Positions 11,900 through 22,900 of a DNA stretch of 64,000 bases are shown here, one piece after another. The notes below the pieces were generated by a model. That model was given only the letters and a program-made list of their open reading frames with translations, ran no database searches and was not told the origin of the DNA. The stretch covers positions 384,001-448,000 of the forward strand of contig JBPOFY010000001.1 in NCBI GenBank assembly GCA_051252375.1. The letters run 5' to 3'. The position numbers were made by a program, and so were the translations under genes. This DNA is from Opitutaceae bacterium. GTDB taxonomy: Bacteria > Verrucomicrobiota > Verrucomicrobiia > Opitutales > Coraliomargaritaceae. How positions within the stretch are numbered: position 1 is the stretch's first letter; every line of letters begins with the position of its first letter.

Positions 11900-12829
11900 C
11901 TATAGCCAGTCCAGGCCGATGTCTTTCCAACGGCTTTGGTGGATCGGGGCACCAGTTGAGATGAAGTCCAGCCCGAGCGTGCCAAGTTGTTGCAAGGAGC
12001 TTTGGGTGATGCCGCCACTGGCTTCGGTGCAGGCGCGTCCGTCGATCAGTCGTATGGCAGCTTCCAGTTCGTCGTTGGTAAAGTTGTCGAGTAGGATGAT
12101 GTCGGCTCCGGCGTCAAGCACGGGGGGAATTTGATCGAGGGCATCGACTTCGACTTCAATCGCGAGGTCTTCACAGGCGTTGACGGCGAGGGAGACGGTA
12201 TTGGTCAAGCGGTTGCCTTCTGTAGCACCAGCCACGGCGAGGTGATTGTCCTTAAGCATCACGCGGTCAAAAAGCCCGATGCGGTGGTTGTGGCCGCCAC
12301 CACAGGCAAATGCGTATTTCTGGAGCACACGGTATCCGGGCAAAGTTTTGCGGGTGTCGAGTAGGGCGGTGTCGCTGCCTTCGAGCGCTTGCACATAAGC
12401 ATTGGTTTCAGTGGCAATACCGGAGAGGTGCTGGAGGAAGTTTAAAATGACACGCTCAGCTTGCAGTAGCGGACCGGAGGGACCGTGGAGTGTGCCGAGG
12501 ATGTCGCCCTTTTGGAGCGAGTCGCCGTCCTTAGAACTGGGTTCGAAGCTGCAGTTTTCATCGTAGGTGTTGAGCACGATGGGGATGAGCCCAAGGCCGC
12601 AGACGATGAGTGGCTCGCGTGCGGTCAATTGAGCGCTGCCTTGGGCACCTTCAGGCATGAGTGCGGTGGTGACGTCGCCGAGTCGGGCAGGGCGGACCGC
12701 GAGTCCGGCGCCGGCAAGGTCTTCGATTTTGGCGAGTCCAGCGAGTTGGCGCAGGTAGTCGTGGTCGAGGTCATCCCAAGCGAGTCGGGTGAGAAAAGTG
12801 TCTTTGGAATAGCGTCGGTCGTGACTCAT
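11900..12829 (-). CDS. nadC: Nicotinate-nucleotide diphosphorylase (carboxylating)
   Basis: [47 protein letters not shown]; start placed at ATG 12829 because the upstream extension runs through a REP. Confidence 0.96.
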   Translation of the reverse strand: MSHDRRYSKDTFLTRLAWDDLDHDYLRQLAGLAKIEDLAGAGLAVRPARLGDVTTALMPEGAQGSAQLTAREPLIVCGLGLIPIVLNTYDENCSFEPSSKDGDSLQKGDILGTLHGPSGPLLQAERVILNFLQHLSGIATETNAYVQALEGSDTALLDTRKTLPGYRVLQKYAFACGGGHNHRIGLFDRVMLKDNHLAVAGATEGNRLTNTVSLAVNACEDLAIEVEVDALDQIPPVLDAGADIILLDNFTNDELEAAIRLIDGRACTEASGGITQSSLQQLGTLGLDFISTGAPIHQSRWKDIGLDWL

Positions 12830-12834
12830 TGTAT

Positions 12835-12924
12835 TGGAGGGAAACGCTCCGTCGTTTCCGCAGTGGTCTGGAGGCCAATTCAACTTGGCGAGTCGCTACG
12901 GCAATGACGGAGCATTGCCCTCCA
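12835..12924. repeat. Inverted REP pair (TGGAG family B)
   Basis: TGGAG-GGAAACG-ctccgt-CGTTTCC-GC and inverted CGGCAATGACGGAGCATTGCCCTCCA. Confidence 0.85.
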
Positions 12925-12943
12925 GAAATGAATGTTTATGCGT

Positions 12944-13366
12944 TTAGTTGTAAGATTCGACTTTACTGACTTTGCCGGTTTGCCGGTCGAAGATTACGCG
13001 CTTGAGTAGACGGGTGCGGTTAGGGCTGACGCCGACCCCCGTGCCAATACCGACGCCAGAGCCTCTGGTGCCAATGCCGCCTCCTAGAGAGACGCCAAGT
13101 GAGGGCTTGATTTCGCGATACTCCCAAGCGACTTGCTTGCCCGCTGCGGTGTCGACGGTGGTTTCGCGGCTGGGATCGCCGAGTGCCATGCGCACCATGT
13201 CTTGATCGAAGCCGACAGCGATTTGGCCTGTTCGAATCATTCGTTGTTCTCCGGGCGTGTAGGTCTTAAATAGGGCTTCGTTTTGATCGATGCGTTGACT
13301 GGTCGATGCGCAACCAATGAAAAATAGAGAGAGTGCGAATACGAAAAATGTGAGGATTGTTTTCAT
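12944..13366 (-). CDS. Lipoprotein, SmpA/BamE-like fold
   Basis: Lipobox FIGC; GFDQDMVRMALGDP...WEY; Gly-rich loop. Confidence 0.7.
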   Translation of the reverse strand: MKTILTFFVFALSLFFIGCASTSQRIDQNEALFKTYTPGEQRMIRTGQIAVGFDQDMVRMALGDPSRETTVDTAAGKQVAWEYREIKPSLGVSLGGGIGTRGSGVGIGTGVGVSPNRTRLLKRVIFDRQTGKVSKVESYN

Positions 13367-13968
13367 GGCTGGCTAGGTTCGAGTTTTTTGATCCAGAAAC
13401 TTAGAGTGTGCGATGACTCTAGCGACTGTCCGACTTCTCTCCAGTCAAATGTTGCCTGGAGCTCCGGGTGCTTAATATAGCGGCGTTTGTGCCAAAAGGA
13501 GTCCAGCGTGGTGTAGACGCTGGGACGACGCGGGTCATCTTCCGCTCGGTCGACGGCACAGAAGGCGGCATATTTGTAGCCGCAACTCACCGCTTGTGCT
13601 TCACGGGCTTCGAAAAACTGGTGGCCGATGCCTTTTCCGCGGTATTCGGGTAACAATACGGATTCACCGAGGTAGAAAACGTCTTTGATCGGGTATGGAC
13701 CTTTTAGGAAAGGTTTTTGAAAGTCGGAATCGGCTGCTGCCAGCGGTAGCCCTGTCGTTGCACCAACGATGCGTTTTCCGTCTTTGGCGATGGCGACGAT
13801 GCTCTGTGGGCAAGTCGCATACTTATCGAGGTAGTGTTGCTCGTAGGCGAGCGTGCCCTCGTAGAGATAGGGCCATTCACGGAAGACCTGAATGCGCAGT
13901 TCGGCTAAAGCTGTATTAAACGGTGTGACTGCCGTGCCGCTGTGTGCAGTGACGGTGACTTCTGGCAT
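13363..13968 (-). CDS. GNAT family N-acetyltransferase
   Basis: LRIQVFREWPYLYEG; ESVLLPEYRGKGIG acetyl-CoA motif A. Confidence 0.85.
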   Translation of the reverse strand: MPEVTVTAHSGTAVTPFNTALAELRIQVFREWPYLYEGTLAYEQHYLDKYATCPQSIVAIAKDGKRIVGATTGLPLAAADSDFQKPFLKGPYPIKDVFYLGESVLLPEYRGKGIGHQFFEAREAQAVSCGYKYAAFCAVDRAEDDPRRPSVYTTLDSFWHKRRYIKHPELQATFDWREVGQSLESSHTLSFWIKKLEPSQP

Positions 13969-13969
13969 T

Positions 13970-15562
13970 TTATTTCGGTAGCTCGATCTCTGGTGCGTCG
14001 GTGAGCTCGTTGGATGTATCCAGGTTCTTGAGGTGGACCTTCATTTCAAACAGATCGGTGCGTCGGTCAAGGCGCGGTGTGACCGAGCCGGAGGCACGTG
14101 AGCGGTAGAGGTCTTCGGTGTCGATGTCGGTGACCAATAGCGTTTCTACATTGGAATCGGCAATGGCTTGGATGCCGTCGCGCGCGAATTCGAAATCCGA
14201 GGGCGTAAAGACCGCCGCCTGACCGTAGTGGATGTCCATTGCCGGGACGCTGGGGAGGTTGCCGATGATACCGGCAGTGGCGACGTAGAATTGGTTTTCG
14301 ATCGCGCGGGCTTGGGCGCAGTAGCGCACACGGAGCTGACCATGACGATCGTCGGTGCAATAAGGGACGAAGAGAATCTCGACGCCTTGATCGGCGAGGT
14401 AGCGGCTGGCTTCAGGAAATTCCACATCGTAGCAGATTTGCACGGCGATCTTTGCCTTTGGAGTCGGGAGGATGATGAGCTCATGTCCGCCTGAGATGCC
14501 CCAATATTTTTTCTCAGCAGGTGTAATGTGTAGCTTAGGCTGCGCGACGTAGCGACCGTCCGGATCGAAGATCAGGCATTCGTTTTGCAACTTGTCTTCG
14601 CGCTGGATGGGGTGACTGCCTCCGATGATATACACTCCATACTTGCTGGCCATGCGCGACATCAACTCAATGAAAGGCTCAGTAAATTCGGTCGCCAGCT
14701 TGCGGATGCCTTCGGGCGCAGAGAGCGGCTCGATGACGGAGAGTAATTGAACCGAGAAAAACTCAGGGAAGAGCACGAAGTCGGCTTTATAGTCAGCCGC
14801 AGTCTCCACGAAGTATTCTACTTGGTTGGCGAAGTCGTCGAAGTTTTTAATCTTACGCACCTTGTATTGCACACAGGCGATACGGACCTTGGAGGAAATC
14901 TCCTTTGGCACGTATTCCGGATTTAGCCATTCAATGAGGCTCGCGAGGTTGTGACTCATCGGATCGACGATGTAGTTGCGCAAAATACCACGCACGAGGA
15001 AGCCCTGCTTGAGCTGGAAGCTCAGAACGTTGTCGTGAATATCGCCGTCTTTAACTTTTTGAATATAGGCCTCGGGGGTATAGTCGTTTTCATGCGCGGC
15101 ATAGCCGGAGATACGTCCACCGGCGAGGATACGGCGTAAGTTGAGTTGTTTGCACAGGCGGCGTCGTGCTTCGTAGAGTGCGGCACCGATACCGCGACCT
15201 TGGCAGTCAGGGTCTACATAGACATCGGCACCATAGAGGGTGTCGCCATGTGGGTCGTGATTATGAAAGTAGCCACCATCGGTGATCCCACCGTAAGTAT
15301 GCGCCCGGTAAGGGTCGCGACTGCTTTGGACGATGAGTGAGGCAACCGCGCCGACAATGTGTTCGTCGACGATCGCTACGAGCTGTCCAGTGGGGAATAG
15401 CCTGAGGTGGTTTTGCAACTGGCGTTCGCTCCAGACAACATTTTCTTCCGCCATCAGCGGGAAGGCTTTTTTGTTTAATTCGATTAGGTGAGGGATGTCC
15501 TCGTGTTCAACCTGACGAATGAGTACTGGACCTAACTTACCTTGTAATGTGAATGGAGACAT
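13970..15562 (-). CDS. Bifunctional GNAT / carbon-nitrogen hydrolase (YhcX-like)
   Basis: N-terminal VDPDCQGRGIG; C-terminal nitrilase-fold triad motifs FPE, KLH, ICYDVEFPE; ARAIENQ. Confidence 0.9.
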   Translation of the reverse strand: MSPFTLQGKLGPVLIRQVEHEDIPHLIELNKKAFPLMAEENVVWSERQLQNHLRLFPTGQLVAIVDEHIVGAVASLIVQSSRDPYRAHTYGGITDGGYFHNHDPHGDTLYGADVYVDPDCQGRGIGAALYEARRRLCKQLNLRRILAGGRISGYAAHENDYTPEAYIQKVKDGDIHDNVLSFQLKQGFLVRGILRNYIVDPMSHNLASLIEWLNPEYVPKEISSKVRIACVQYKVRKIKNFDDFANQVEYFVETAADYKADFVLFPEFFSVQLLSVIEPLSAPEGIRKLATEFTEPFIELMSRMASKYGVYIIGGSHPIQREDKLQNECLIFDPDGRYVAQPKLHITPAEKKYWGISGGHELIILPTPKAKIAVQICYDVEFPEASRYLADQGVEILFVPYCTDDRHGQLRVRYCAQARAIENQFYVATAGIIGNLPSVPAMDIHYGQAAVFTPSDFEFARDGIQAIADSNVETLLVTDIDTEDLYRSRASGSVTPRLDRRTDLFEMKVHLKNLDTSNELTDAPEIELPK

Positions 15563-15649
15563 TGATATAGTTTCGTGATCTTTTGCCTGACGTCAAGTGG
15601 TGCAAAAGGTCTCGCCAAAATAGTTTTGCTTAGGCATCCAAGGATGTAT

Positions 15650-16276
15650 ATGGGAATTGAAATCGCATTTGTTGTTATGCTAGCCATTGGGTTGGCGGTA
15701 TTTTTTTGGATTATTGTTCGCAATTCATCGCGTAAAATTTGCCAGCAATATGAAAAAATGGCCTACCATTTAAGGATAAAAATGACGGAGCCAGAGCCTC
15801 AGATGCTTGCGTTTATTCGTCCGGAGCCATTCGTTCACGGCGTCTATCGTGACCGCGCGCTATCCATTTCTGTGCCGGGTAAGGGGCTGCAAGGCACACG
15901 GCAAATTGAAACCACTCTGAAAGTCGAAGTGGCAGATAAGAAAATCGCCTGGCAGATGACGGCGAAAAGCTTTCTTTCCGGAATGAGCCAACGCGATAGC
16001 GAAGGTATGGAGCGTTGGAAGAGTGAAAATAACATTTTTGATCTCGCGATGGATGTGCGGACCAATGAGCCCTCCCGTTTGAGCCGGATTTTGCACGACG
16101 ATCGTTTGGAAGAAATCAGCGCTGTGCTTAAGGGGGCGAAGGCGAGCATTTATCTCGGCAACGGGATGATGGTTTATACCAAATTCGGGCTCATAGCAGA
16201 TGATCGGGAACGCGAACGGTTTATCAAAGTAGCCGAGCTCTTTTGCGATTTGGCCGAAGTGATTGAAGGCCGTTGA
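15650..16276 (+). CDS. Membrane-anchored hypothetical protein
   Basis: Single N-terminal TM; long ORF divergent from the GNAT-hydrolase gene; start 15644 or 15650. Confidence 0.7.
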   Translation: MGIEIAFVVMLAIGLAVFFWIIVRNSSRKICQQYEKMAYHLRIKMTEPEPQMLAFIRPEPFVHGVYRDRALSISVPGKGLQGTRQIETTLKVEVADKKIAWQMTAKSFLSGMSQRDSEGMERWKSENNIFDLAMDVRTNEPSRLSRILHDDRLEEISAVLKGAKASIYLGNGMMVYTKFGLIADDRERERFIKVAELFCDLAEVIEGR

Positions 16277-16352
16277 CCAGGCACATTACTTGAAAATGAC
16301 CCCTCCTAGATATAGTTTCTAATAAATCACCCCGCCCATCGTCTTACTTAGT

Positions 16353-17804
16353 ATGAAACAATCAATTGCACCCCTTTCGGTTCTTCTTTTCGCCTCGATT
16401 GCTTCAGCGCAGCCGGCGATCACCGTATACAACGAAAACTTCGGAGTCGTGCGCGACACCGTTGCCCTGGATCTGACCGCTGGTATCAGCGACGTCAGTT
16501 ATAGCGGGGTCACCGCTCAGCTGGAGCCCGAGTCCGTGATCTTGCGCGACCCATCCGGCAATGTGAACCTACGTGTGGTCGAGCAGAGCTACCGCGGCGA
16601 TCCCGTGGATCAGGAAAGACTCCTGCAAATGTTTGAAGGGCAGACCATCGACTTTTACAAAACGCTTGATGGTAAAGAAGTCGTCGTCAAAGGTCGTATC
16701 ATCCGTGCGCCCTCTACAGTGATGACCAAGAACCAGTATGGCAACATGCAGCAGAAGCGACTGGAGCCGATCGTCGAGGTCGACGGCAAGCTGGTCACCA
16801 TGCTGCCAGGTATTCCTTTGTTCCCCAGCCTAGGTAACGATTCGGTCCTCGAGCCAACGCTTACCTGGAAGCTGCATTCCGATCGCAGCTCAAATTTCGA
16901 TGCACAGCTCAGCTATTTAACCAATGGCATGTCCTGGAAGGCGGATTATAACCTCGTGCTGCCGGAAACTGGCGACGATGTGACGCTCACCGGTTGGGTC
17001 TCGGTCGAAAATAACACAGGTAAAACTTTCGAGAACGCGACGATCAAGCTGATCGCGGGCGACGTCAATAAGGTCCAAACCGCACAACCCGTTCGCCGAG
17101 AGAAGGTCTATGCCATGGCAATGGCTGATGCAGCACCGGCACCACAAGTCGAAGCGAAGAAGTTCGATGAATTTCATATGTATTCGTTGCCCCTCGCCAC
17201 CACTTTGCGTGACAGTGAGACCAAGCAAGTGGAATTTGTCCGCGCCGAAAATGTAAAGACCAAGAAGCTCTATATCTACGATGGATCCGGCGACAGACGT
17301 TTCTACGGTAGCCTCAATGTGAACCAGAACTACGGCCAAAATACTAAGCCCGACGTCGCCATTTATCGCGAAATTTTAAACTCTGAAGAAAACGGACTCG
17401 GCGTCGCGCTGCCTGCCGGTCGCATGCGCTTCTATCGCATGGATGACGATGGACAGATGGAATTTACCGGCGAAAACACCATCGATCACACGCCAAAGAA
17501 CGAGACCATCCGCGTCTATTTGGGCAACGCTTTCGACATCGTCGGTGAGCGCAAACGCACGAATTTCTTCACCCACAAGACGCAAGATATGATACTCGAG
17601 ACTTTCGAGGTCGAAGTGCGTAATCGCGGCGAAGAAGCGGTCACCGTGCAAATCGTCGAGCACATGAGCCGCTGGTCGAATTGGGAAATTCAAAAGCCTA
17701 GCCACGATTTTGAAAAGACCGATGCGCAAACCATTGAATTTCCGATAGACGTGCCAGCCGATGGCACAGTCACGGTGACTTATACAGTCGAGTATACCTG
17801 GTAG
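16353..17804 (+). CDS. DUF4139 domain secreted protein
   Basis: Signal peptide; [40 protein letters not shown]. Confidence 0.85.
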   Translation: MKQSIAPLSVLLFASIASAQPAITVYNENFGVVRDTVALDLTAGISDVSYSGVTAQLEPESVILRDPSGNVNLRVVEQSYRGDPVDQERLLQMFEGQTIDFYKTLDGKEVVVKGRIIRAPSTVMTKNQYGNMQQKRLEPIVEVDGKLVTMLPGIPLFPSLGNDSVLEPTLTWKLHSDRSSNFDAQLSYLTNGMSWKADYNLVLPETGDDVTLTGWVSVENNTGKTFENATIKLIAGDVNKVQTAQPVRREKVYAMAMADAAPAPQVEAKKFDEFHMYSLPLATTLRDSETKQVEFVRAENVKTKKLYIYDGSGDRRFYGSLNVNQNYGQNTKPDVAIYREILNSEENGLGVALPAGRMRFYRMDDDGQMEFTGENTIDHTPKNETIRVYLGNAFDIVGERKRTNFFTHKTQDMILETFEVEVRNRGEEAVTVQIVEHMSRWSNWEIQKPSHDFEKTDAQTIEFPIDVPADGTVTVTYTVEYTW

Positions 17805-17815
17805 GGAAACGCAGG

Positions 17816-18397
17816 CTAAGCCTTGGCTGCTTGGTAGATGGCGTCCAACGCCGCAAAGTCCTCGTCGCGGGAAGCGCTGAGGATGGTGTGATCGTATTGA
17901 TCGCTTTGCTCCATCTCTTCGAGGGCGACTTTCATGCGGCGTTGCACTTCGTCTTCAGCGTCGGTGCCGCGCCCGCGTAGGCGGTTCTCCAGCTCTTCGA
18001 CGCTGGGTGGCATGATGAAGACTGTGATGACATTACCTTTCAGCAGCGGATCTTGATTTGCCGTTTCACGCATTTGCGCCGCGCCTTGCACGTCGATATT
18101 GAGCAATAGGTCTGTGCCGGCTGCTAGCTTGTCTTGCACCTCACTTTTGAGGGTGCCGTAGAGATTGCTGTGCACGTGGGCGTATTCGTAGAAAGCGCCC
18201 GCTTCGATCTTAGCTTTGAATGTGTCGTGATCGAAAAAGTAATAGTCCACCGTATCGACTTCGCCGCCGCGTGGCTGGCGGGTGGTGGAGGTGACGACGC
18301 GCTCTATCTGTGGGCGCTCGGTCAGCATGCGGTCGCAAAGGGTCGTCTTCCCGCTGCCAGCGGGACCTGATACGATGATGAGCAGACCGGATTTCAC
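17816..18397 (-). CDS. gmk: Guanylate kinase
   Basis: [34 protein letters not shown]. Confidence 0.97.
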   Translation of the reverse strand: MKSGLLIIVSGPAGSGKTTLCDRMLTERPQIERVVTSTTRQPRGGEVDTVDYYFFDHDTFKAKIEAGAFYEYAHVHSNLYGTLKSEVQDKLAAGTDLLLNIDVQGAAQMRETANQDPLLKGNVITVFIMPPSVEELENRLRGRGTDAEDEVQRRMKVALEEMEQSDQYDHTILSASRDEDFAALDAIYQAAKA

Positions 18398-18403
18398 GAA
18401 GAT

Positions 18404-18940
18404 CTAGTAAGTAAAGGCGACCCCGACGAGCAGGAGGCCATAAGCGGCAAAGACGCCACCGAAGACTTTAGGGCGCTTTTCAGATTTGTAGAGCCAGCTG
18501 AGGAAGTCGCGCAGTTTGTAGGGGCTCGCTCCGAGAATCAGCGATGCGACGATACAGATGTAAACGAAAGTAACGAGGAACAGGCGCGCTTGCGGCAGCT
18601 GCATGTAGGCCGCGTCGAGTAGGACACCGGCGAGCAGCAGTGTTAGTGCGGCTAGACCACGCACCGCGAGGAAGTCCGGCACATAGTAGAAGGAACCGAC
18701 GGCGACGCCAAGAAAGAGCAGGAAGAGCAATTTTTTATACTGCCCGAAATCAGCTGGACCGAGGTGCATGACCTTGTAAAGGAACCATGCCGTCGCGATC
18801 CCCATGAGGACGTAGGCTGCAAGGGTCGAGCGGGGGAAGGCTTGTGCGCTTTTTGCCGTAGCCATGCCGTGCCAAAGGAAATGCGCACCAAAAGCGATGA
18901 GGAAAATCCCGGTGAAGAGTGTGGCTTGGAAAAGTGTCAT
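18404..18940 (-). CDS. Integral membrane hypothetical protein
   Basis: About six hydrophobic segments; directly upstream of gmk. Confidence 0.8.
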   Translation of the reverse strand: MTLFQATLFTGIFLIAFGAHFLWHGMATAKSAQAFPRSTLAAYVLMGIATAWFLYKVMHLGPADFGQYKKLLFLLFLGVAVGSFYYVPDFLAVRGLAALTLLLAGVLLDAAYMQLPQARLFLVTFVYICIVASLILGASPYKLRDFLSWLYKSEKRPKVFGGVFAAYGLLLVGVAFTY

Positions 18941-18943
18941 AAA

Positions 18944-18992
18944 TAAATGCCTAATCGGTAATGATTAATAGGTAATGGGTAATGACTAATGC
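18944..18992 (-). repeat. Heptamer array (NTAATNN on the + strand)
   Basis: TAAATGC CTAATCG GTAATGA TTAATAG GTAATGG GTAATGA CTAATGC; ends 3 nt before the minus-strand ATG at 18940. Confidence 0.75.
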
Positions 18993-19060
18993 GGAAGGTG
19001 GAAGGAAAAAAGCGAAGTCTGCATTTGTCAGAGCAGAGAAACCGCTACAAAAGTCTTTGG

Positions 19061-19723
19061 ATGGATTTACACTTAGCAGGTTCCGTTCAGCCGATAGATT
19101 TGATCGTATTTGATTGCGACGGGGTGTTGCTCGAGTCGATGGCGGCCAAGATACAGGCCTTCAGCGAGTGGGTGCCTGAGGCGCATGCCTCCCGCCGCGA
19201 TGACTTTATGAAACGAGTCATGGATGGCTTCGGCAAGTCGCGAACCTATCATATCCAAAGCTTTTACACTGATATTATAGGTCAATCGCCCCTGCCGGAG
19301 TTTATCGAAGCGGAAGTGGCCCGCTTTACCGACATTTGCGAACCACTCTGCGCGGTGGCGGATTGGCGAGTGGGTTCGAAAGAGTTTGTTGAAGCCTGCC
19401 AGGCAGCGGGCATTCCGCGTTATGTCCTCTCGGGCACCCCTCAAGCGCCATTGGAGGAGATGTTGGAGTCAACCGGTGCCGCGCCATTATTCGACGTCAT
19501 CATCGGTTCGCCCCCCGCGAAACCAGAAAGCCTGACCCGGATCCTTGCGGAAACTAAAATACCTGCTGAACGCACGGTCTTCGTCGGTGATGCCAATGCC
19601 GACCATGAGGCAGCGCTACACGTGGGCGCGCACTTTGTGTATTTCCCATCTGAGGCCAATCCGCCTATCGCACCAACCCCGACAGTGGTTACGGATTTGC
19701 GGCAGCTATTGGTTCATCGATGA
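19061..19723 (+). CDS. HAD-superfamily hydrolase
   Basis: FDCDGVL motif I, VLSG motif II, K motif III, VGDANAD motif IV. Confidence 0.9.
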   Translation: MDLHLAGSVQPIDLIVFDCDGVLLESMAAKIQAFSEWVPEAHASRRDDFMKRVMDGFGKSRTYHIQSFYTDIIGQSPLPEFIEAEVARFTDICEPLCAVADWRVGSKEFVEACQAAGIPRYVLSGTPQAPLEEMLESTGAAPLFDVIIGSPPAKPESLTRILAETKIPAERTVFVGDANADHEAALHVGAHFVYFPSEANPPIAPTPTVVTDLRQLLVHR

Positions 19724-19932
19724 GCCTTGCCTGTCCGAGAGGGCTTTGGCTTCTAATGTTGCGGCGTGATAAGTTTAGTAATGCTAATTATGGTGCGGTA
19801 GCATACAGGCTTAGTCGTTAAGCGTTGCGGCTAAGTTCTTAAACTTGTTAGGTTCACGTTTCGTGAATGTAGCTCGCTACTACTGTGGAGTGTTTTACGG
19901 AGAGATTAAAAAACTAACCATCCGACAGCTTT

Positions 19933-22900
19933 ATGGATAAATCGCAGAACACCACCTTCGACAAAAACGTGAATTTTCGTTTTAACAAACACCTTGCCCT
20001 TGGTCTTTCGTGCCTGCTTTCGCTGAGTGCGGTCGGCAATGCGGCGATTACGGCAACAGGTGATACGTCGCCTGCACCAGGGGATGGGTTCTGGGGTGCG
20101 GGAGGTGATCCTGTTGATAGCTATACGAATATCGCGATCGGGGACACGACTGTCTCAGGCGGTTCGGTAACGGGCAGCTTGACTGTTGATGGTGGTTCGA
20201 CGCTGGATACTGGTGAAGGGGTTATAGGTAGCGACGCGGGAACCTACGGGGCGGCGACCGTTTCGGGGTTGGGCTCGACTTGGAAGGTCAACAAGGATCC
20301 TAGTGACGAAGTTAGTGATTGGGCGATTGTTGTCGGTAGTGATGGTAAGGGCGAATTGACTATTGAGTCGTCTGCTGCAGTCACCGCGCTGAATATGTTT
20401 ATCGCCGATTCGACCACAGGTGATGGCACCGTTTTGGTTGATTCAAGCGCAACATTGGCTGTCGGTGAAGACATCGAGGTCGGCTATGAAAATACTGCTT
20501 CGATGACCGTGAAAGATTCTGCAGTGGTGGACACGTATTCGCTTACTGTTGGTGTGGAGTCGACCGCAAACGGCATATTAACGGTAACTGATGATGGCAC
20601 TCTGAATGCAAATGTAGAGCAAGTCGGGGTGACCTATGCAGATCCTGCAAAGTTTATTGTTGGTGAATTTGGCACAGGGACGATGAATGTCACCGATGGC
20701 GGTGTCGTGAATAGCGGTGCCGCAAGCATTGGTTTAGAGTCAGGTTCCACAGGCACTGTGACCGTAGGCGGCTCTGGGGCTGCCGCGAGCTGGAATGTCG
20801 CGGGCGATCTTGGTATCGGCGCAGAGGGCACTGGCACATTGACTTTGGCTGCTGATGGCACGGTGGATGTTGACGGCGCTACTGAATTAAGTGCCGACGG
20901 CGGTATGGGCAGCGTGGTCTTTAGCGGAGGCACTTTGAACACCGGCACATTAGGAGCGGATGTTTCAGATTTGAGCGGCACCGGCACGATTAACACCTCC
21001 GGCCTTGCGGGGCTTCTGAGTAAGGTGACCTTTACCTCAGATAATATGTATTCGGAAACGCTTACAAGTGGCGGTCCTACTTCGGTGGCAGTTAATGTGA
21101 CTGCTGATGGTAATGGTAGCCTCTACAATGTAGATTTTGATGCGATAGGACCTTCAGGGGGGCAGGACCCCATTCCTGTTGTGGTAGCCTTTGAGAATGT
21201 TGGACTTGGAGATGGTGTTGGTATCACAAATTCAGGATTGGTTGATAGTTCGCTGGTTACCTTTGCTGTGTCAGGGGATCTGGATGTTGGGTTTGAAGGG
21301 ACTGGCGATTTGACTGTGTCTAATGGCGCTGCTGTGACTGCGGACGGTGTATCAATTGGTGCGGAGAGCACGGGAATTGGCACAGTCACTGTGTCTGGTT
21401 TAGGTTCTAGCATGATCTTAGCCGATACGCTCTATGTCGGTGAATCTGGCGAGGGTGATCTGGAGATAAACACTTTAGCCGCAGTCTCTGCGAACACTGT
21501 GCATATCGGTAAGAATGACAGTTCTAGTGGTGAAATTCTAGTGGATGCTGCGACGCTGAATGTTACGGGAGATCTGACACTTGGGCTGAGCGGCAATGGC
21601 TACGGTGGACTCGAAATCAGTAACGCGGGCGTGGTTTCTGTAGGCGGCACGACTCAAGCGGTGAATGGCACCATCGGTTTTGGTGCTGGAGATAATGGTG
21701 TGCTTAATACTGGTAACCTCGTGCTCAACGACATCGATGACTTAGAGGGCACTGGCACGATCAACACCAATGGTATCAATCAATTCAACGGAGGCATTAT
21801 CACAGCGATCTTTGATGGAGATAATGCCAACGAGCAGCTTTACTCTCAAAATTTAGCCACTTCGTATGAAGTTGAAGGTAGTCCTGGCACATTCGTGAAT
21901 GGCACGGTTGCAGTTAATTTAACCGCAAATGGTGACGGTGATTTGACAGATGTGAACCTCGTCGTGCGTGATGGCGCGAACGTCTCTTTTAATCATGTCG
22001 ATTTAGGTAACTCCAGTAGTCCGAATAATTCGGCTTTAGTGACTGGGGGAAGTCAGTTGAATGTAATCGAGACCTCAATAGGAGTTAATGGTGACGCTAT
22101 CCTAACAGTCGACCAAGGTAGTTACTTAAATGCGTTTGGTGCTGGGGATGGCCAGAATACAGATGGGTTGATTACTCTTGGCGAAAGTGTTGGGAATTCT
22201 GGCACTTTATTAGTGCAAAATGACAGTTGGGTGGGCGTAGATATCTTAGAGGTTGGAGAGTTTGGTAGCGGATATGTAGAGATTTCTGGCGGAAGTTCTG
22301 TCGCATCGAAACGTCATGTTGAAATTGGATCTGATGGGAGCGTGTTGGTTACAGGTCTGTGGTCTGAGTTATCTGCGACTGGTGCAATAGGAATAACTGT
22401 GGCGGATCAGGGCTTATTGCAGGTGAGAAATTTTGGTGTCGTGAACGTAATTCAGGGGAGCAGGCTTACCGTAAACGATGGAGCTGAGGTGAGATTGTCT
22501 AATGGAACGATTAACACCCACACATTAGAATCTTCAGACCTTGGAGCATTCACCGGCAGTGGAACGATCAATGCAGATGGAATCGTGGATTTGTTTGATA
22601 CGATCACTTTTGACGGCACGAATACTTTTAACACCACGCTCGCGGGAGGGGATATTGATCTGAATGTAACTGCGTCGGGCGCAGGGCATTTTGATGTTGA
22701 AGAAATTAATATCATTAATGGTGCGGATACTCGTGCCGCATCTGTGCGTGTGGACCGTTTGTTAATCGAGGGTGCAGGTTCTCGTTTGGGAAGTTTATCT
22801 TTAGGGACTGGAACAGTTCGGACACTACAGGAGCTCGATATTAATGGCGGAGCTCAATTAGAACTTGGGTCTCTTTACATACATAGTGGTTACGGCGTGG

